Virus record (IMG/VR): IMGVR_UViG_3300046028_005878
Location: 1 to 35,178 of that record
Direction: 5' to 3' (one strand)
Length of the DNA stretch: 35,178 nt
Source of the DNA: a virus
Taxonomy: Duplodnaviria > Caudoviricetes
Made by a program: the position numbers and the translations under genes
Notes under the pieces: generated by a model
Database searches by the model: none
What the model was told of the DNA's origin: nothing
What the model saw: the letters and a program-made list of their open reading frames with translations, nothing else
Shown here: piece after piece, positions 25,256 to 33,723 of the stretch
Position numbering within the stretch: the first letter of the stretch is position 1
Layout: every line of letters begins with the position of its first letter

Positions 25256-25603
25256 TTAAGCCTCGACCTTTGTATTTTCAGCTTCTCTAAGCTTCTTTCG
25301 AAGTTTATATTCTTTATAAATTGAACATCTGCCAGGCACTCTCTCAAGACGACAATTCATAGACGCGCCAGATCCACCAAAATGTTTGCAATGGCTCATG
25401 TAGCAAGAGGGTGGCTCAAGAGTATTTATTACCTCAAAAAATAAACTGTGTATTTTTTGATCTGACATACCTCTGCGCTCTAATGCTTCTCTAAGCTCTC
25501 TCACGGTAAATCTGGTCTCGCGGTTATCATGAATACGTACTTTGACTGAGCGATCAACCGCTTTTTCAAGTCTTGGTGTACTTAATCTTAGAAGCACGCT
25601 CAT
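25256..25603 (-). CDS. hypothetical Cys-containing protein
   Basis: GAGG RBS; in operon orientation. Confidence 0.6.
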   Translation of the reverse strand: MSVLLRLSTPRLEKAVDRSVKVRIHDNRETRFTVRELREALERRGMSDQKIHSLFFEVINTLEPPSCYMSHCKHFGGSGASMNCRLERVPGRCSIYKEYKLRKKLREAENTKVEA

Positions 25604-25605
25604 GA

Positions 25606-25845
25606 CTATGCTGCCTCGGGCGATGTATGCGATTGCATAACACGACGCTCATCAAGCGACACCACGTTACTTTTAACGTCTGGACGATGCACTAAGCGCA
25701 AACCAGCCTTGTGGATATTGGCAACATCTTTATCAGTTAAGCGGTTGGCTTTAACGATTGATGCTTGGATTGCTAAACCTTGTGTAAGTAAACTATTCAT
25801 TTTCACATTCCTAAAAAGAGAGAAGCTACTCACAAACGCTTTCAC
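25606..25845 (-). CDS. first gene of the PL operon, hypothetical (start 25845 or 25800)
   Basis: downstream of PL; AGGA RBS before ATG 25800; ends PEAA. Confidence 0.55.
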   Translation of the reverse strand: MKAFVSSFSLFRNVKMNSLLTQGLAIQASIVKANRLTDKDVANIHKAGLRLVHRPDVKSNVVSLDERRVMQSHTSPEAA

Positions 25846-25895
25846 TTCTCTTAAACTTTGGATTTATCTAAACGGTGTTTTGTGCAGATGTGTTT

Positions 25896-25937
25896 ATAAT
25901 ACGCTAACGTATTTGAATGTCAATACGTTAGCGTATT
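25896..25937 (-). promoter_or_regulatory. PL promoter with two operators (OL1, OL2)
   Basis: TTGACA(25918-25923)-16-TATTAT; AATACGCTAACGTATT 25898-25913 and AATACGTTAGCGTATT 25922-25937. Confidence 0.85.
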
Positions 25938-25996
25938 TTTATCTAAAATATTTTAAATAATTTGATATACTGCAAAAACGCAGAAGTGATAGGCGT

Positions 25997-26019
25997 AAAA
26001 AAACCGCCGAGTGGCGGTT
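25997..26019 (-). terminator. Rho-independent terminator closing the cI/accessory region
   Basis: AACCGCC-ACTC-GGCGGTT followed by a T tract on the minus strand. Confidence 0.85.
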
Positions 26020-26090
26020 GTGAAAGTTATCCGATTCAAGCGGACAGTTGAATAAACTCTGCTTTGCTTTTTGGCTCTAAATAAGAATTC

Positions 26091-26231
26091 TTAATTTTCA
26101 TGTTGTTGATGATTTTCAGAGCGAGGGTTTACAAATTCTTGAACAGCCCTTGGTATCGCAGTAAGAATTACTAGCGCAAGCACAAAGCTACCAATGAAGC
26201 CATCAGCTAAGTCCTTTAAGTATCTATTCAT
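26091..26231 (-). CDS. 46-aa single-TM peptide
   Basis: MNRYLKDLADGFIGSFVLALVILTAIPRAVQEFVNPR...; GAGGAG RBS; TAATG-coupled. Confidence 0.6.
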   Translation of the reverse strand: MNRYLKDLADGFIGSFVLALVILTAIPRAVQEFVNPRSENHQQHEN

Positions 26232-26524
26232 TACATTCTCCTCAATTCTTTAATGAAAGAAGTTCCGCCTGTCACTACTAGGATGGTACAAACTATGGCA
26301 TCTAGCCAAGTAATCACCAGTTCAAACAAATGCACGACTTCTAAAATGTTTTTTGGCATTGGGTGAACAGTGTTCAACAAATGCGCTGCGTATGATATAC
26401 CCCAGCCCAAAATTAGGAAAGCAATAAATAAAAGAGCGGTACCTGCTAGATGCCCTATTAAATTCCTAACGGCTTGCCAATACGTTACTTTACGACCACC
26501 TGAATACCAATATTGTTCATTCAT
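26231..26524 (-). CDS. two-TM membrane protein (accessory)
   Basis: two hydrophobic helices; TTGACA-17-GATAGT upstream (26555-26583). Confidence 0.65.
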   Translation of the reverse strand: MNEQYWYSGGRKVTYWQAVRNLIGHLAGTALLFIAFLILGWGISYAAHLLNTVHPMPKNILEVVHLFELVITWLDAIVCTILVVTGGTSFIKELRRM

Positions 26525-26744
26525 TGTGATTGCTTAATTATTAAAAGGTTCGCGACTATCGTTGCATTATTTAGTAGTGTCAACGACTAACGTTAGTAAT
26601 ATAACCTACTTAAAGTAATCTGTGTTTACTATTTCAGCTTTATTACTAACATCCTACTCGTTCCCATCTATCTTTAGCCTTAGCATCTTTTACAGTTTGC
26701 CAAATCAAAGGCTTTGGCTTTGCCTTAATTCAAAACTTACGCAA

Positions 26745-27020
26745 TTAATATCTACGTTTATTTAATTTACCGCCGCCATGCTGGCCGAGGTCACGCTCTA
26801 TCTCTCTTCGCGGATCTATATCTAATTCATCTCGCATTTGAGCGCGAGTATCAGTCTCATACTTTATTTGATCGGAAGGTTTGCTTAAATCGTATTCATA
26901 TTCATTGCCAAATCTACTTTCATATTTGCCTTCACGATTGTACTTTTTATCAATATCTGGATTATCCCAGGCGAAAGAGTGAGAACTAAATATCATTAAA
27001 AATAAAAATAGTTTTTTCAT
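26745..27020 (-). CDS. secreted protein with signal peptide
   Basis: MKKLFLFLMIFSSHSFA signal peptide; KYESRFGNEYEYDLSKPSDQIKYETD. Confidence 0.75.
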   Translation of the reverse strand: MKKLFLFLMIFSSHSFAWDNPDIDKKYNREGKYESRFGNEYEYDLSKPSDQIKYETDTRAQMRDELDIDPRREIERDLGQHGGGKLNKRRY

Positions 27021-27023
27021 CGA

Positions 27024-27197
27024 TTAATTGTCCTTTTGTTCAATGAGTTCGGATGGGAATATCCACTTACCTGTAAATCTATCATAAGCAACGCATGCGA
27101 TATTGTAGCCGCCACCGCATGTTGTGTCGTAACGAAACCACCAAGCCAACACCAAAAGCCCTGTTATGGTCAGCGCGATTTTTTGTTTATTACTCAT
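27024..27197 (-). CDS. small membrane-anchored protein
   Basis: MSNKQKIALTITGLLVLAWWFRYD..YDRFTGK; start overlaps the upstream stop. Confidence 0.6.
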   Translation of the reverse strand: MSNKQKIALTITGLLVLAWWFRYDTTCGGGYNIACVAYDRFTGKWIFPSELIEQKDN

Positions 27198-27591
27198 ATC
27201 TACCATACCTTGGCTCTGTTTCAATATCATTCATGTCGCCGTTTGTTTCATCGTCATCATCAAACAATAAACCTGTGCATTTTATTTTTAATTGGTTTGT
27301 TGCTGTATTGTTGTATAAAAAGCAGGTGGTGTCATATAGTTCGTTGTAGCCATCACCAAAACTGCTTTTGCCTGGGTATATAATTGTTTTGGCAGTTTCA
27401 AACGCGGAGAGCTTTGACTCGCTAGCAACATACGCGCCTTTTTCGTATCTTTTTTTAAGTTCTGCCTGTTTGGCATCTGCCACTAATGTGGCTTGCGCTT
27501 TATTTTCCTGTTGCTTTTGTTTGGATATAAAAATCACCGACCCAGCAAACATGCATATTAAAAGCCAAATAATGATGGATTTTTTATGCAT
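27190..27591 (-). CDS. membrane-anchored periplasmic protein
   Basis: ATG coupled to the cI stop (TAATG); N-terminal TM; two C-terminal Cys. Confidence 0.65.
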   Translation of the reverse strand: MHKKSIIIWLLICMFAGSVIFISKQKQQENKAQATLVADAKQAELKKRYEKGAYVASESKLSAFETAKTIIYPGKSSFGDGYNELYDTTCFLYNNTATNQLKIKCTGLLFDDDDETNGDMNDIETEPRYGRYE

Positions 27592-28277
27592 TAAACTTTT
27601 CTCCCGTTCCACACCCAAACAACACGACCAAGCACATTAATTGTGTGGTTGCCATTTAAAATATCCACCGTTTTAACACTTGGATTATCACTGCTAATTT
27701 CGATCTCACCATCTAAGCGCTGACGCACGCGCTTAATAAAAAGCCTTTCATAAGCCTCTAGCACATATATTTTATCTGCTGTGATTGATTTGTCGCCTGT
27801 ATCAATCATGAGTATGTCGCCATCATTAAAAGTAGGGTGCATGCTGTCACCAATGGCGTGAATAAAAGCTAAATTTTCCGAATTAGTATATGGCCTTAAC
27901 GTTTTATCTGCCCAAGTTTTGCTTATGGTAAGCATGTCAATGACAGTTTCAACCTCTTGTTGTTGGTTGCCATTACCCATGCTGGCTACTGCATTTAAAA
28001 GTGGTATTTTAATAACATCATCGCTGTAAATTAATGAATTTTGATAAGCGCTGCGCTCTTGCATTTCATAACCAATAGGCATATCACCGCGCAACTGACT
28101 TTCTGTTAAACCGTAGGCTTTAGCCCATTTTTTAACTGTTTCAGCATTCGCGCTTTTATGCACGCCAGACAAAAACCTTTGGGTTGTTGGTTGTGGCACG
28201 CCAGACTTTTCAGCAAGGCTGTAAGCATCATCGCCGTGCTTCTCCATTTCTTTAGCAAGTATCTCTCTCATTTCCAT
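27591..28277 (-). CDS. cI: CI-like repressor (HTH + S24 autopeptidase)
   Basis: LAEKSGVPQPTTQRFLSG HTH; ASMG, GDSMHP, FIKR S24 motifs; start likely 28277. Confidence 0.92.
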   Translation of the reverse strand: MEMREILAKEMEKHGDDAYSLAEKSGVPQPTTQRFLSGVHKSANAETVKKWAKAYGLTESQLRGDMPIGYEMQERSAYQNSLIYSDDVIKIPLLNAVASMGNGNQQQEVETVIDMLTISKTWADKTLRPYTNSENLAFIHAIGDSMHPTFNDGDILMIDTGDKSITADKIYVLEAYERLFIKRVRQRLDGEIEISSDNPSVKTVDILNGNHTINVLGRVVWVWNGRKV

Positions 28278-28283
28278 TTTCAC

Positions 28284-28363
28284 ACAATACGCCAACGTAT
28301 AAAGCAAATCAAAAACGGAAACGTATTAAAACTTCTTGACACGATACGCTAACGTATTATAAT
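28284..28363. promoter_or_regulatory. OR region: divergent PRM and PR with three operators
   Basis: PR TTGACA(28336)-16-TATAAT(28358); PRM TTGATT(28307-28312)-17-TATTGT on minus; ATACG-N4-CGTAT operators at 28286-28301, 28312-28327 (degenerate) and 28343-28358. Confidence 0.85.
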
Positions 28364-28370
28364 CACTGGC

Positions 28371-28565
28371 ATGGATATTCAAAACACATTACAGGCGATT
28401 GCGGACACTGGGCTAACTGACGCTGAAATTGGCGCTGAAATTGATGCGCCACAAGCAACAGTGAATAGGCTGCGCAACGGCACCCACAAAACAACTGATT
28501 TTGAGCGCGGTAAAAAAATATATGAGCTGGCTATTAAAAAAGGAATTTTGAAAAAAGCCGCATAA
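28371..28565 (+). CDS. cro: Cro-like HTH regulator
   Basis: GLTDAEIGAEIDAPQATVNRLRNG; divergent from cI. Confidence 0.88.
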   Translation: MDIQNTLQAIADTGLTDAEIGAEIDAPQATVNRLRNGTHKTTDFERGKKIYELAIKKGILKKAA

Positions 28566-28596
28566 AAATCCGTTAATCAAACAAACCATACTAAAC

Positions 28597-28875
28597 ATGA
28601 AAACTCCAATTCTTACATTAATTAAAGACGACAAGCCAATCGCAATATTTGCGGACGGGACCACAGAAGGTGAAATTAATTTTGGCATTCTCAACGGAGC
28701 AATGCCTTTGTTCGATGCTATTCAGTGCTTGTGTCTGGATAGTAAAGCGGCCAAGCATCAACAGGGTTGCTTGCCAGCTCAAGACCAACAAGGTCGCGTA
28801 CTGGCTGATCGCATTCTTGAACTGCTCCAATGCTATGGGCAAAGGTGGCAAGGGCAGGCGGAAAATAAAAAATGA
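28597..28875 (+). CDS. hypothetical protein, 3' part antisense-overlapping
   Basis: protein-like N-terminus, no clear RBS. Confidence 0.35.
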   Translation: MKTPILTLIKDDKPIAIFADGTTEGEINFGILNGAMPLFDAIQCLCLDSKAAKHQQGCLPAQDQQGRVLADRILELLQCYGQRWQGQAENKK

Positions 28876-29029
28876 CATCACCATTTGTTTTAAGTGGTGA
28901 GCTGGAAAAAACGGCGTATTTGTTGGATGTGCCATGTGCCAACAAGTAACCAAAAAAGCGATCGTGTATTTTCATGCGGGGCGCAAATGCCTCTACGCCG
29001 TCGCCGAGATTTATTTGAAACCATTTCAT
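28718..29029 (-). CDS. antisense-oriented accessory (moron-like) protein between cro and cII
   Basis: AAAGGAG RBS; globular pattern WFQINLGD..FYFPPALATFA..CDQP. Confidence 0.7.
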   Translation of the reverse strand: MKWFQINLGDGVEAFAPRMKIHDRFFGYLLAHGTSNKYAVFSSSPLKTNGDVIFYFPPALATFAHSIGAVQECDQPVRDLVGLELASNPVDAWPLYYPDTSTE

Positions 29030-29143
29030 AGCGCGCTCCTTTTATGAAAACTAATGTGTGGAAACAAAAGTTTATCACGATTGAAGCGCCCAACTTATTA
29101 GCATAACCATTATTGAAAAAGATTTAATTGAAAGGGTTGCTCT

Positions 29144-29422
29144 ATGTCAGACAAAGAAACTCCAAGTTTTTCTCGTTCTGCTACTTCCTGTGTATTTGGT
29201 AAATGCACAGATGAAATAACAAAATTCTTAGTGCCTGAGTCTGTTCGACTTGATTTTGAGCGCTCATTCAATGAGAGCGGATTCAGTTCGCACGGTGAGT
29301 ATTTGCGCATGATGTTACTCGTTAATTTATATGGTAGAGACACAGTTACTAGTTTAATGACGCAACGCATTAATTCAATGGTAGGAATTAGGGGGGAATC
29401 AACCAATGATGCAAAGTCTTGA
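29144..29422 (+). CDS. CII-position regulator
   Basis: FSRS..FGKCT..EYLRMMLLVNLYG; located between cro and replication genes. Confidence 0.55.
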   Translation: MSDKETPSFSRSATSCVFGKCTDEITKFLVPESVRLDFERSFNESGFSSHGEYLRMMLLVNLYGRDTVTSLMTQRINSMVGIRGESTNDAKS

Positions 29423-29744
29423 TTTATTTAGCGGCGCTGAACTTAAAAAAGGCGGCATATCAGTAGCAATAGACCATGCCAATTTAAAACATGATGGTTG
29501 GAGTAATGAGGCTTACAAGGCGCTAAAAAGCTTTTTAAATACGCATAAAAATTCATTCATGTGTGAAGAGGTGCGAAAGTTTGCGCACTTTGATCTTGGT
29601 CTAGTGCAACCTCCAAGTAGCAGGGCATGGGGTGGAATATTTCAGCGTGCCGTACGTGAAAAAATCATTAAGCACGTTGGTTTTGGTCAAGTAACGAATC
29701 CTAAAGCACATAAAGCCAATGCATCTCTTTGGATGGCGGCGTAA
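29406..29744 (+). CDS. hypothetical phage protein
   Basis: FMCEEVR..PPSSRAWGG motif; GGGGGA RBS. Confidence 0.75.
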   Translation: MMQSLDLFSGAELKKGGISVAIDHANLKHDGWSNEAYKALKSFLNTHKNSFMCEEVRKFAHFDLGLVQPPSSRAWGGIFQRAVREKIIKHVGFGQVTNPKAHKANASLWMAA

Positions 29745-30626
29745 ATGAGAGATTACGGAAAAGTTCACACCTCTTTCTGGACAAGCCAAACAACAAGGCT
29801 TATGTCGGAAGATGCTAGATCAATGGCAATGTATCTACTAACAAGCCCTCATGGAACTATTTCAGGTGCGTTTAGATTGCCTGATGGATATGTTTGTGAT
29901 GACTTGCAATGGAGTTCCGAAAGGGTTAGTGCAACCCTTATTGAACTGTTAAACAAAGGTTTTGCTAACCGTTGCGAAACCACTAAATGGGTGTGGATTA
30001 ACAAACATTTTGAGTGGAACAAGCCTGAGAATCCAAATCAATTTAAGAGTGCATCAAAAATAGCATTATCAATACCTGATGAATGTTGCTGGAAGTCAGA
30101 ATACATGCGCCTTAACGCTTATTTTCTTGGTATTGAATATCAACCCTTCGTTAACCCTTCCGAAACCCTTCCTCAACCAGTAACAGTAACAGTAACAGAA
30201 GCAGTAACAGAAGCAGTAACAGTAATTGTTCCATCGGCAGAAGAATCTGCCGAACCAAAATCCGAAACTGAATTGCAAATTGCTTGCAGGCAAACGTGGA
30301 AGTTTTATTCAGATGCTTACTTTGCTCGATACAACACTGAGGCTGTCAGAAATGCAAAGGTTAGCGGTCAAGTTAAAAACTTTGTTAAACGCATTGGTTA
30401 TTCTGAATCGCCCATGGTCGCAGCCTTCTACCTAGGCAACAACACGCAGTATTACGTTCAACGAGGCCACTCGGTAGATTGTTTGCTTGCTGATGCTGAA
30501 AAGCTTCGTATGGAGTGGGCTACTGGCAACGTGATGACAAACACGCGAGCTAATCAAATTGACAAATCACAAGCGAACCAAAGCGCAGTAGGTGAAGCGA
30601 TGAAATTACTAGGGGCTACAGCATGA
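29745..30626 (+). CDS. replication initiator (O-analog)
   Basis: MRDYGKV..FW..YLLTSPH N-terminus; internal iteron-like repeats and VT linker; position. Confidence 0.8.
   Translation: MRDYGKVHTSFWTSQTTRLMSEDARSMAMYLLTSPHGTISGAFRLPDGYVCDDLQWSSERVSATLIELLNKGFANRCETTKWVWINKHFEWNKPENPNQFKSASKIALSIPDECCWKSEYMRLNAYFLGIEYQPFVNPSETLPQPVTVTVTEAVTEAVTVIVPSAEESAEPKSETELQIACRQTWKFYSDAYFARYNTEAVRNAKVSGQVKNFVKRIGYSESPMVAAFYLGNNTQYYVQRGHSVDCLLADAEKLRMEWATGNVMTNTRANQIDKSQANQSAVGEAMKLLGATA
30142..30225 (+). repeat. putative ori: AACCCTTC x3 at 11-bp spacing, then (CAGTAA/CAGAAG) x8
   Basis: 30142, 30153, 30164; hexamer array 30178-30225; inverted pair AAGGGTT/AACCCTT at 29921-29939. Confidence 0.65.
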
Positions 30627-31282
30627 GTTTAGAAAAACTATTAACTGACTTGGCTGGAACTGCCGAGCTAATGGGTAAACAGCTTTCACCAGTCGCTTTG
30701 GCAATGATGGTTAACGACCTGAAAGAATATCCAATTGGTTTGATTAACACTGCTTTGTCAAATGTTAGAAAAGGCACTAAGCCATTTTCACTAGGTTCAA
30801 TCATCTCTGAAATTGAAACACTAAAACCTGATGGCAGATTAGGCGCTGATGAAGCTTGGGCATTATACCCACATGATGAAGCGACTACAGCGGTTATCAC
30901 CAATGAGATTGCAGAGGCTATGCAAATTGCTTATCCAATATTGCAAGAGGGCGACAAAGTTGGTGCGCGAATGGCGTTTAAAGAAGCTTACACGCGAATT
31001 GTAACTAAAAATAAAGCTGACGGATTAAAGCCTAAGTGGTTTCCATCAATCGGTACAGACAAAGAAGGCCGTGAGCATATTTTAAAACAATCTGTTCAGC
31101 TAGGCAGATTAACGCAAGACCATGCAACCTCACTTTTACCAGCGCCAATACATTCAAGCATTGCCAATGCAATCAGCGAAGTTAAATTTCTAACATCGAA
31201 AGACATTGAATTTACCGATGAACAGAAAGCAAAAGCGCGTGACCGTGTAGCTGAAATTAAAGCAATGTTGGCGAAAGGGTAA
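30623..31282 (+). CDS. replication protein (P-position, helicase-loader-like by context)
   Basis: ATGA-coupled to the initiator; DGRLGADEAWA..ARMAFKEAY. Confidence 0.65.
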   Translation: MSLEKLLTDLAGTAELMGKQLSPVALAMMVNDLKEYPIGLINTALSNVRKGTKPFSLGSIISEIETLKPDGRLGADEAWALYPHDEATTAVITNEIAEAMQIAYPILQEGDKVGARMAFKEAYTRIVTKNKADGLKPKWFPSIGTDKEGREHILKQSVQLGRLTQDHATSLLPAPIHSSIANAISEVKFLTSKDIEFTDEQKAKARDRVAEIKAMLAKG

Positions 31283-31464
31283 TGCCTAACGGCACATACG
31301 ACTTTAACCAAGATAGTGAGCGTGTCAGATGGTTGAAAACAGCGTTTCAACCTCACGGACAAGCTCAACTAGAGCGATGGCGTGACGAGAAGCAAAAGCA
31401 GGTAGGTTTTGAAGCAGCAAACGAGTGGATGTTAAATTTAATAAAATTAGCAAAGGAAAATTGA
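31282..31464 (+). CDS. hypothetical protein
   Basis: TAATG-coupled. Confidence 0.55.
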   Translation: MPNGTYDFNQDSERVRWLKTAFQPHGQAQLERWRDEKQKQVGFEAANEWMLNLIKLAKEN

Positions 31465-31465
31465 A

Positions 31466-31945
31466 ATGAACGAGCATAAATTAGAAGCAGAAATTCAAGC
31501 TAAGGGCTTAAACGCCCCACGATTAACACCAGCAGGCATTGATGGCGTTATATGCGGGGCTCAATTCTGGCAGCCAGAAGGTACAACACTCACAGTATGT
31601 GCTATGAAGCTTACTAACGGCACCATGGTTGTTGGTGAAAGCGCGTGTGTAAGTGAAGCTAACTTTGATGCTGAAATTGGTAAGAACGTGGCTTATGACA
31701 ATGCGCGTGAAAAGATATGGCAGCTTGAAGGTTATTTACTTAGAGAAAAGCTAAGTAAAAATGGTGATTTACCTAGCGGCCTAGCCAGCTACGCAATTGG
31801 CGACAAAGTAACTTCAATCACTGGCGCAATGAAAGTAGGTGTTACTGGTGTAGTTGAAGTCATTCATTCTGAAAAATCCGTAGGTGCTCGTTTAGATAAC
31901 GGCGACCTATGGCATGAGCATTCAGCACATTGGGCTAAAGCTTAA
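31466..31945 (+). CDS. Gp49-family (N4 gp49/Sf6 gp66-like) protein
   Basis: APRLTP..LTVC..L.NG..V.GESACVS.ANFDAEIG..KIWQLEGYLL. Confidence 0.85.
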   Translation: MNEHKLEAEIQAKGLNAPRLTPAGIDGVICGAQFWQPEGTTLTVCAMKLTNGTMVVGESACVSEANFDAEIGKNVAYDNAREKIWQLEGYLLREKLSKNGDLPSGLASYAIGDKVTSITGAMKVGVTGVVEVIHSEKSVGARLDNGDLWHEHSAHWAKA

Positions 31946-31947
31946 TC

Positions 31948-32169
31948 ATGCACTCAAACGAAGTAGAAAATCATTCTGATCCGCTAGATATTGGCGCAGA
32001 TATAGCGCAGCGCGAAAGAGATAATCAAGTAGCGCTGATTCAGGCGATGGTTAAGCCCGCGATTAAATCAACAGTATGCCTAGAGTGTACTGGTGACACT
32101 GTTAATGGTGCGCGTTGGTGCTGTGTTGGATGTAGAGATCGTTGGATGATGTGGAATCCTGGCGCATGA
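31948..32169 (+). CDS. TraR/DksA-like C4 zinc-finger protein
   Basis: DPLDIGA acidic motif; CLEC..RWCCVGC. Confidence 0.65.
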   Translation: MHSNEVENHSDPLDIGADIAQRERDNQVALIQAMVKPAIKSTVCLECTGDTVNGARWCCVGCRDRWMMWNPGA

Positions 32170-32750
32170 GAGTTTTAGTCGCATGTGAATATTCAGGCGT
32201 TGTTCGTGATGCTTTCATCAGGGGGGGGCATGACGCTATGAGTTGCGATTTGTTACCTACTGATTCACCTGGACCACATTACCAAGGCGATGTATTCGAT
32301 GTAATTGATTACCCATGGGATATAGCAATATTTCACCCATCATGCACACATTTAAGCGTTAGCGGTGCGCGTCACTTTGCTGAGAAGCAGTTGGATGGAA
32401 GGCAGCAAGCGGCTGTATCTTTTGTGATGAAGCTTGAAAGATATTCACGCCATATCCATAAACGCGCATTTGAAAACCCTATTTCAATATTGTCCAGCGT
32501 ATGGCGCAAGCCAGATCAAATATTACAGCCTTGGCAATTCGGGCATGGTGAAACAAAAGCTACTTGTTTATGGCTTTATGAATTAAATCCGCTTACTCCT
32601 ACAAATATTGTTGAAGGCCGTGAAGCGCGTATTCACAAAATGCCGCCTAGCGCAGACCGTTGGAAAAAACGGAGTGAAACCTATTTAGGTGTTGGTAATG
32701 CCATGGCTGACCAATGGGGCGGTAACCGTCAATTGGAGTTAGCAGCATGA
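32166..32750 (+). CDS. DNA cytosine methyltransferase-like protein
   Basis: RVLVACEYSG, SCDLLP, HPSCTHL, ENP, QPWQFGH..K.TCLW, RSETY.G...AMADQWG; ATGA-coupled start at 32166. Confidence 0.75.
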   Translation: MRVLVACEYSGVVRDAFIRGGHDAMSCDLLPTDSPGPHYQGDVFDVIDYPWDIAIFHPSCTHLSVSGARHFAEKQLDGRQQAAVSFVMKLERYSRHIHKRAFENPISILSSVWRKPDQILQPWQFGHGETKATCLWLYELNPLTPTNIVEGREARIHKMPPSADRWKKRSETYLGVGNAMADQWGGNRQLELAA

Positions 32751-33286
32751 GCAAAATGATGATAGTTAAAACCAATGTACCAATGCCAGTAGATTCTGAC
32801 TTGGCAGCGGTTAGAAACTTCATCTTTGGCGTGTTTGATGGCTTCACTGATCATGATAAAAAAGCTTGGAAAGGCTTTTGGCGCAGGTTGATAAAAATGG
32901 AAGCTGGAGAGATTGCTCAAGCTGAAATGGCTATCCCTAGAAACTATCGCTTTCATAAGAAATTTATGGCGCTAATTAACTTCGCTTTTGACGCATGGGA
33001 ACCTTGCCGAGTAAACAAAACTTACAAAGGCCATCCAGTAGCTAAGAACATAACACGCTTTCGTAAAGACGTAATTGTGCAAGCTGGATTTTATGAACAG
33101 ACGTTTGACCTTAACGGCAACATGAAGCTTGAGGCGCAATCAATCAGCTTCGCCAGTATGGATGATGCTGAGTTTGAGAAAGTTTATAGCGCAGTAGCTG
33201 ATGTAATTCTTGATAAGGTTTTAATCACTTACGCAGATCGTGATGAGCTAGATGAAGTAATGCAAAAGGCAATAGGGTTCCTATGA
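32747..33286 (+). CDS. DUF1367 family protein
   Basis: RNYRFHKKFMAL..FRKDV..AGF..SISFASMDDAEFEKVY. Confidence 0.8.
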   Translation: MSKMMIVKTNVPMPVDSDLAAVRNFIFGVFDGFTDHDKKAWKGFWRRLIKMEAGEIAQAEMAIPRNYRFHKKFMALINFAFDAWEPCRVNKTYKGHPVAKNITRFRKDVIVQAGFYEQTFDLNGNMKLEAQSISFASMDDAEFEKVYSAVADVILDKVLITYADRDELDEVMQKAIGFL

Positions 33287-33723
33287 ACGATAAAATAAAA
33301 TTTAAACAAGATAAGAAAATATTTGAAGGTTTGAATAATGTGCTTAACGCTTGTAAAGGTAAGTCAATTAATGCTTTTACAGCATCAAAGCTCGTTGGTA
33401 TGTCGCCAGCTACGGCAATCAATTACTTTAATTATCTTAGAAACTGCCCAGACCCATACGTTAAAGGTGAGCTAATACAAGTAGGCAACTCAAAGCGTAA
33501 GTCATGGCATTACATTGCAATACGTGAAGCGTATTTGATTGATGATTATGTGCCTTTGCATGATAAACGCATGGAAACCGCGATTAGAAATGGTACTTAT
33601 AAAAACCCATTAGGCGAAGTTGAAGCTCCATCACACATAAGAGTGATTGGAATGCGACATATTGAATTGCCTAAACATAAAACTAAGTTTGCGGGCATAC
33701 CTTCAAGCATGGGGATGTGGTAA
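33283..33723 (+). CDS. hypothetical HTH-like protein
   Basis: ASKLVGMSPATAINY; ATGA-coupled. Confidence 0.55.
   Translation: MNDKIKFKQDKKIFEGLNNVLNACKGKSINAFTASKLVGMSPATAINYFNYLRNCPDPYVKGELIQVGNSKRKSWHYIAIREAYLIDDYVPLHDKRMETAIRNGTYKNPLGEVEAPSHIRVIGMRHIELPKHKTKFAGIPSSMGMW

Noticed and set aside
30142-30225. CRISPR array or phase-variable repeat
   Set aside because: Short in-frame repeats with no spacers inside the initiator gene; fits iterons and a linker. No CRISPR array seen anywhere in the window.
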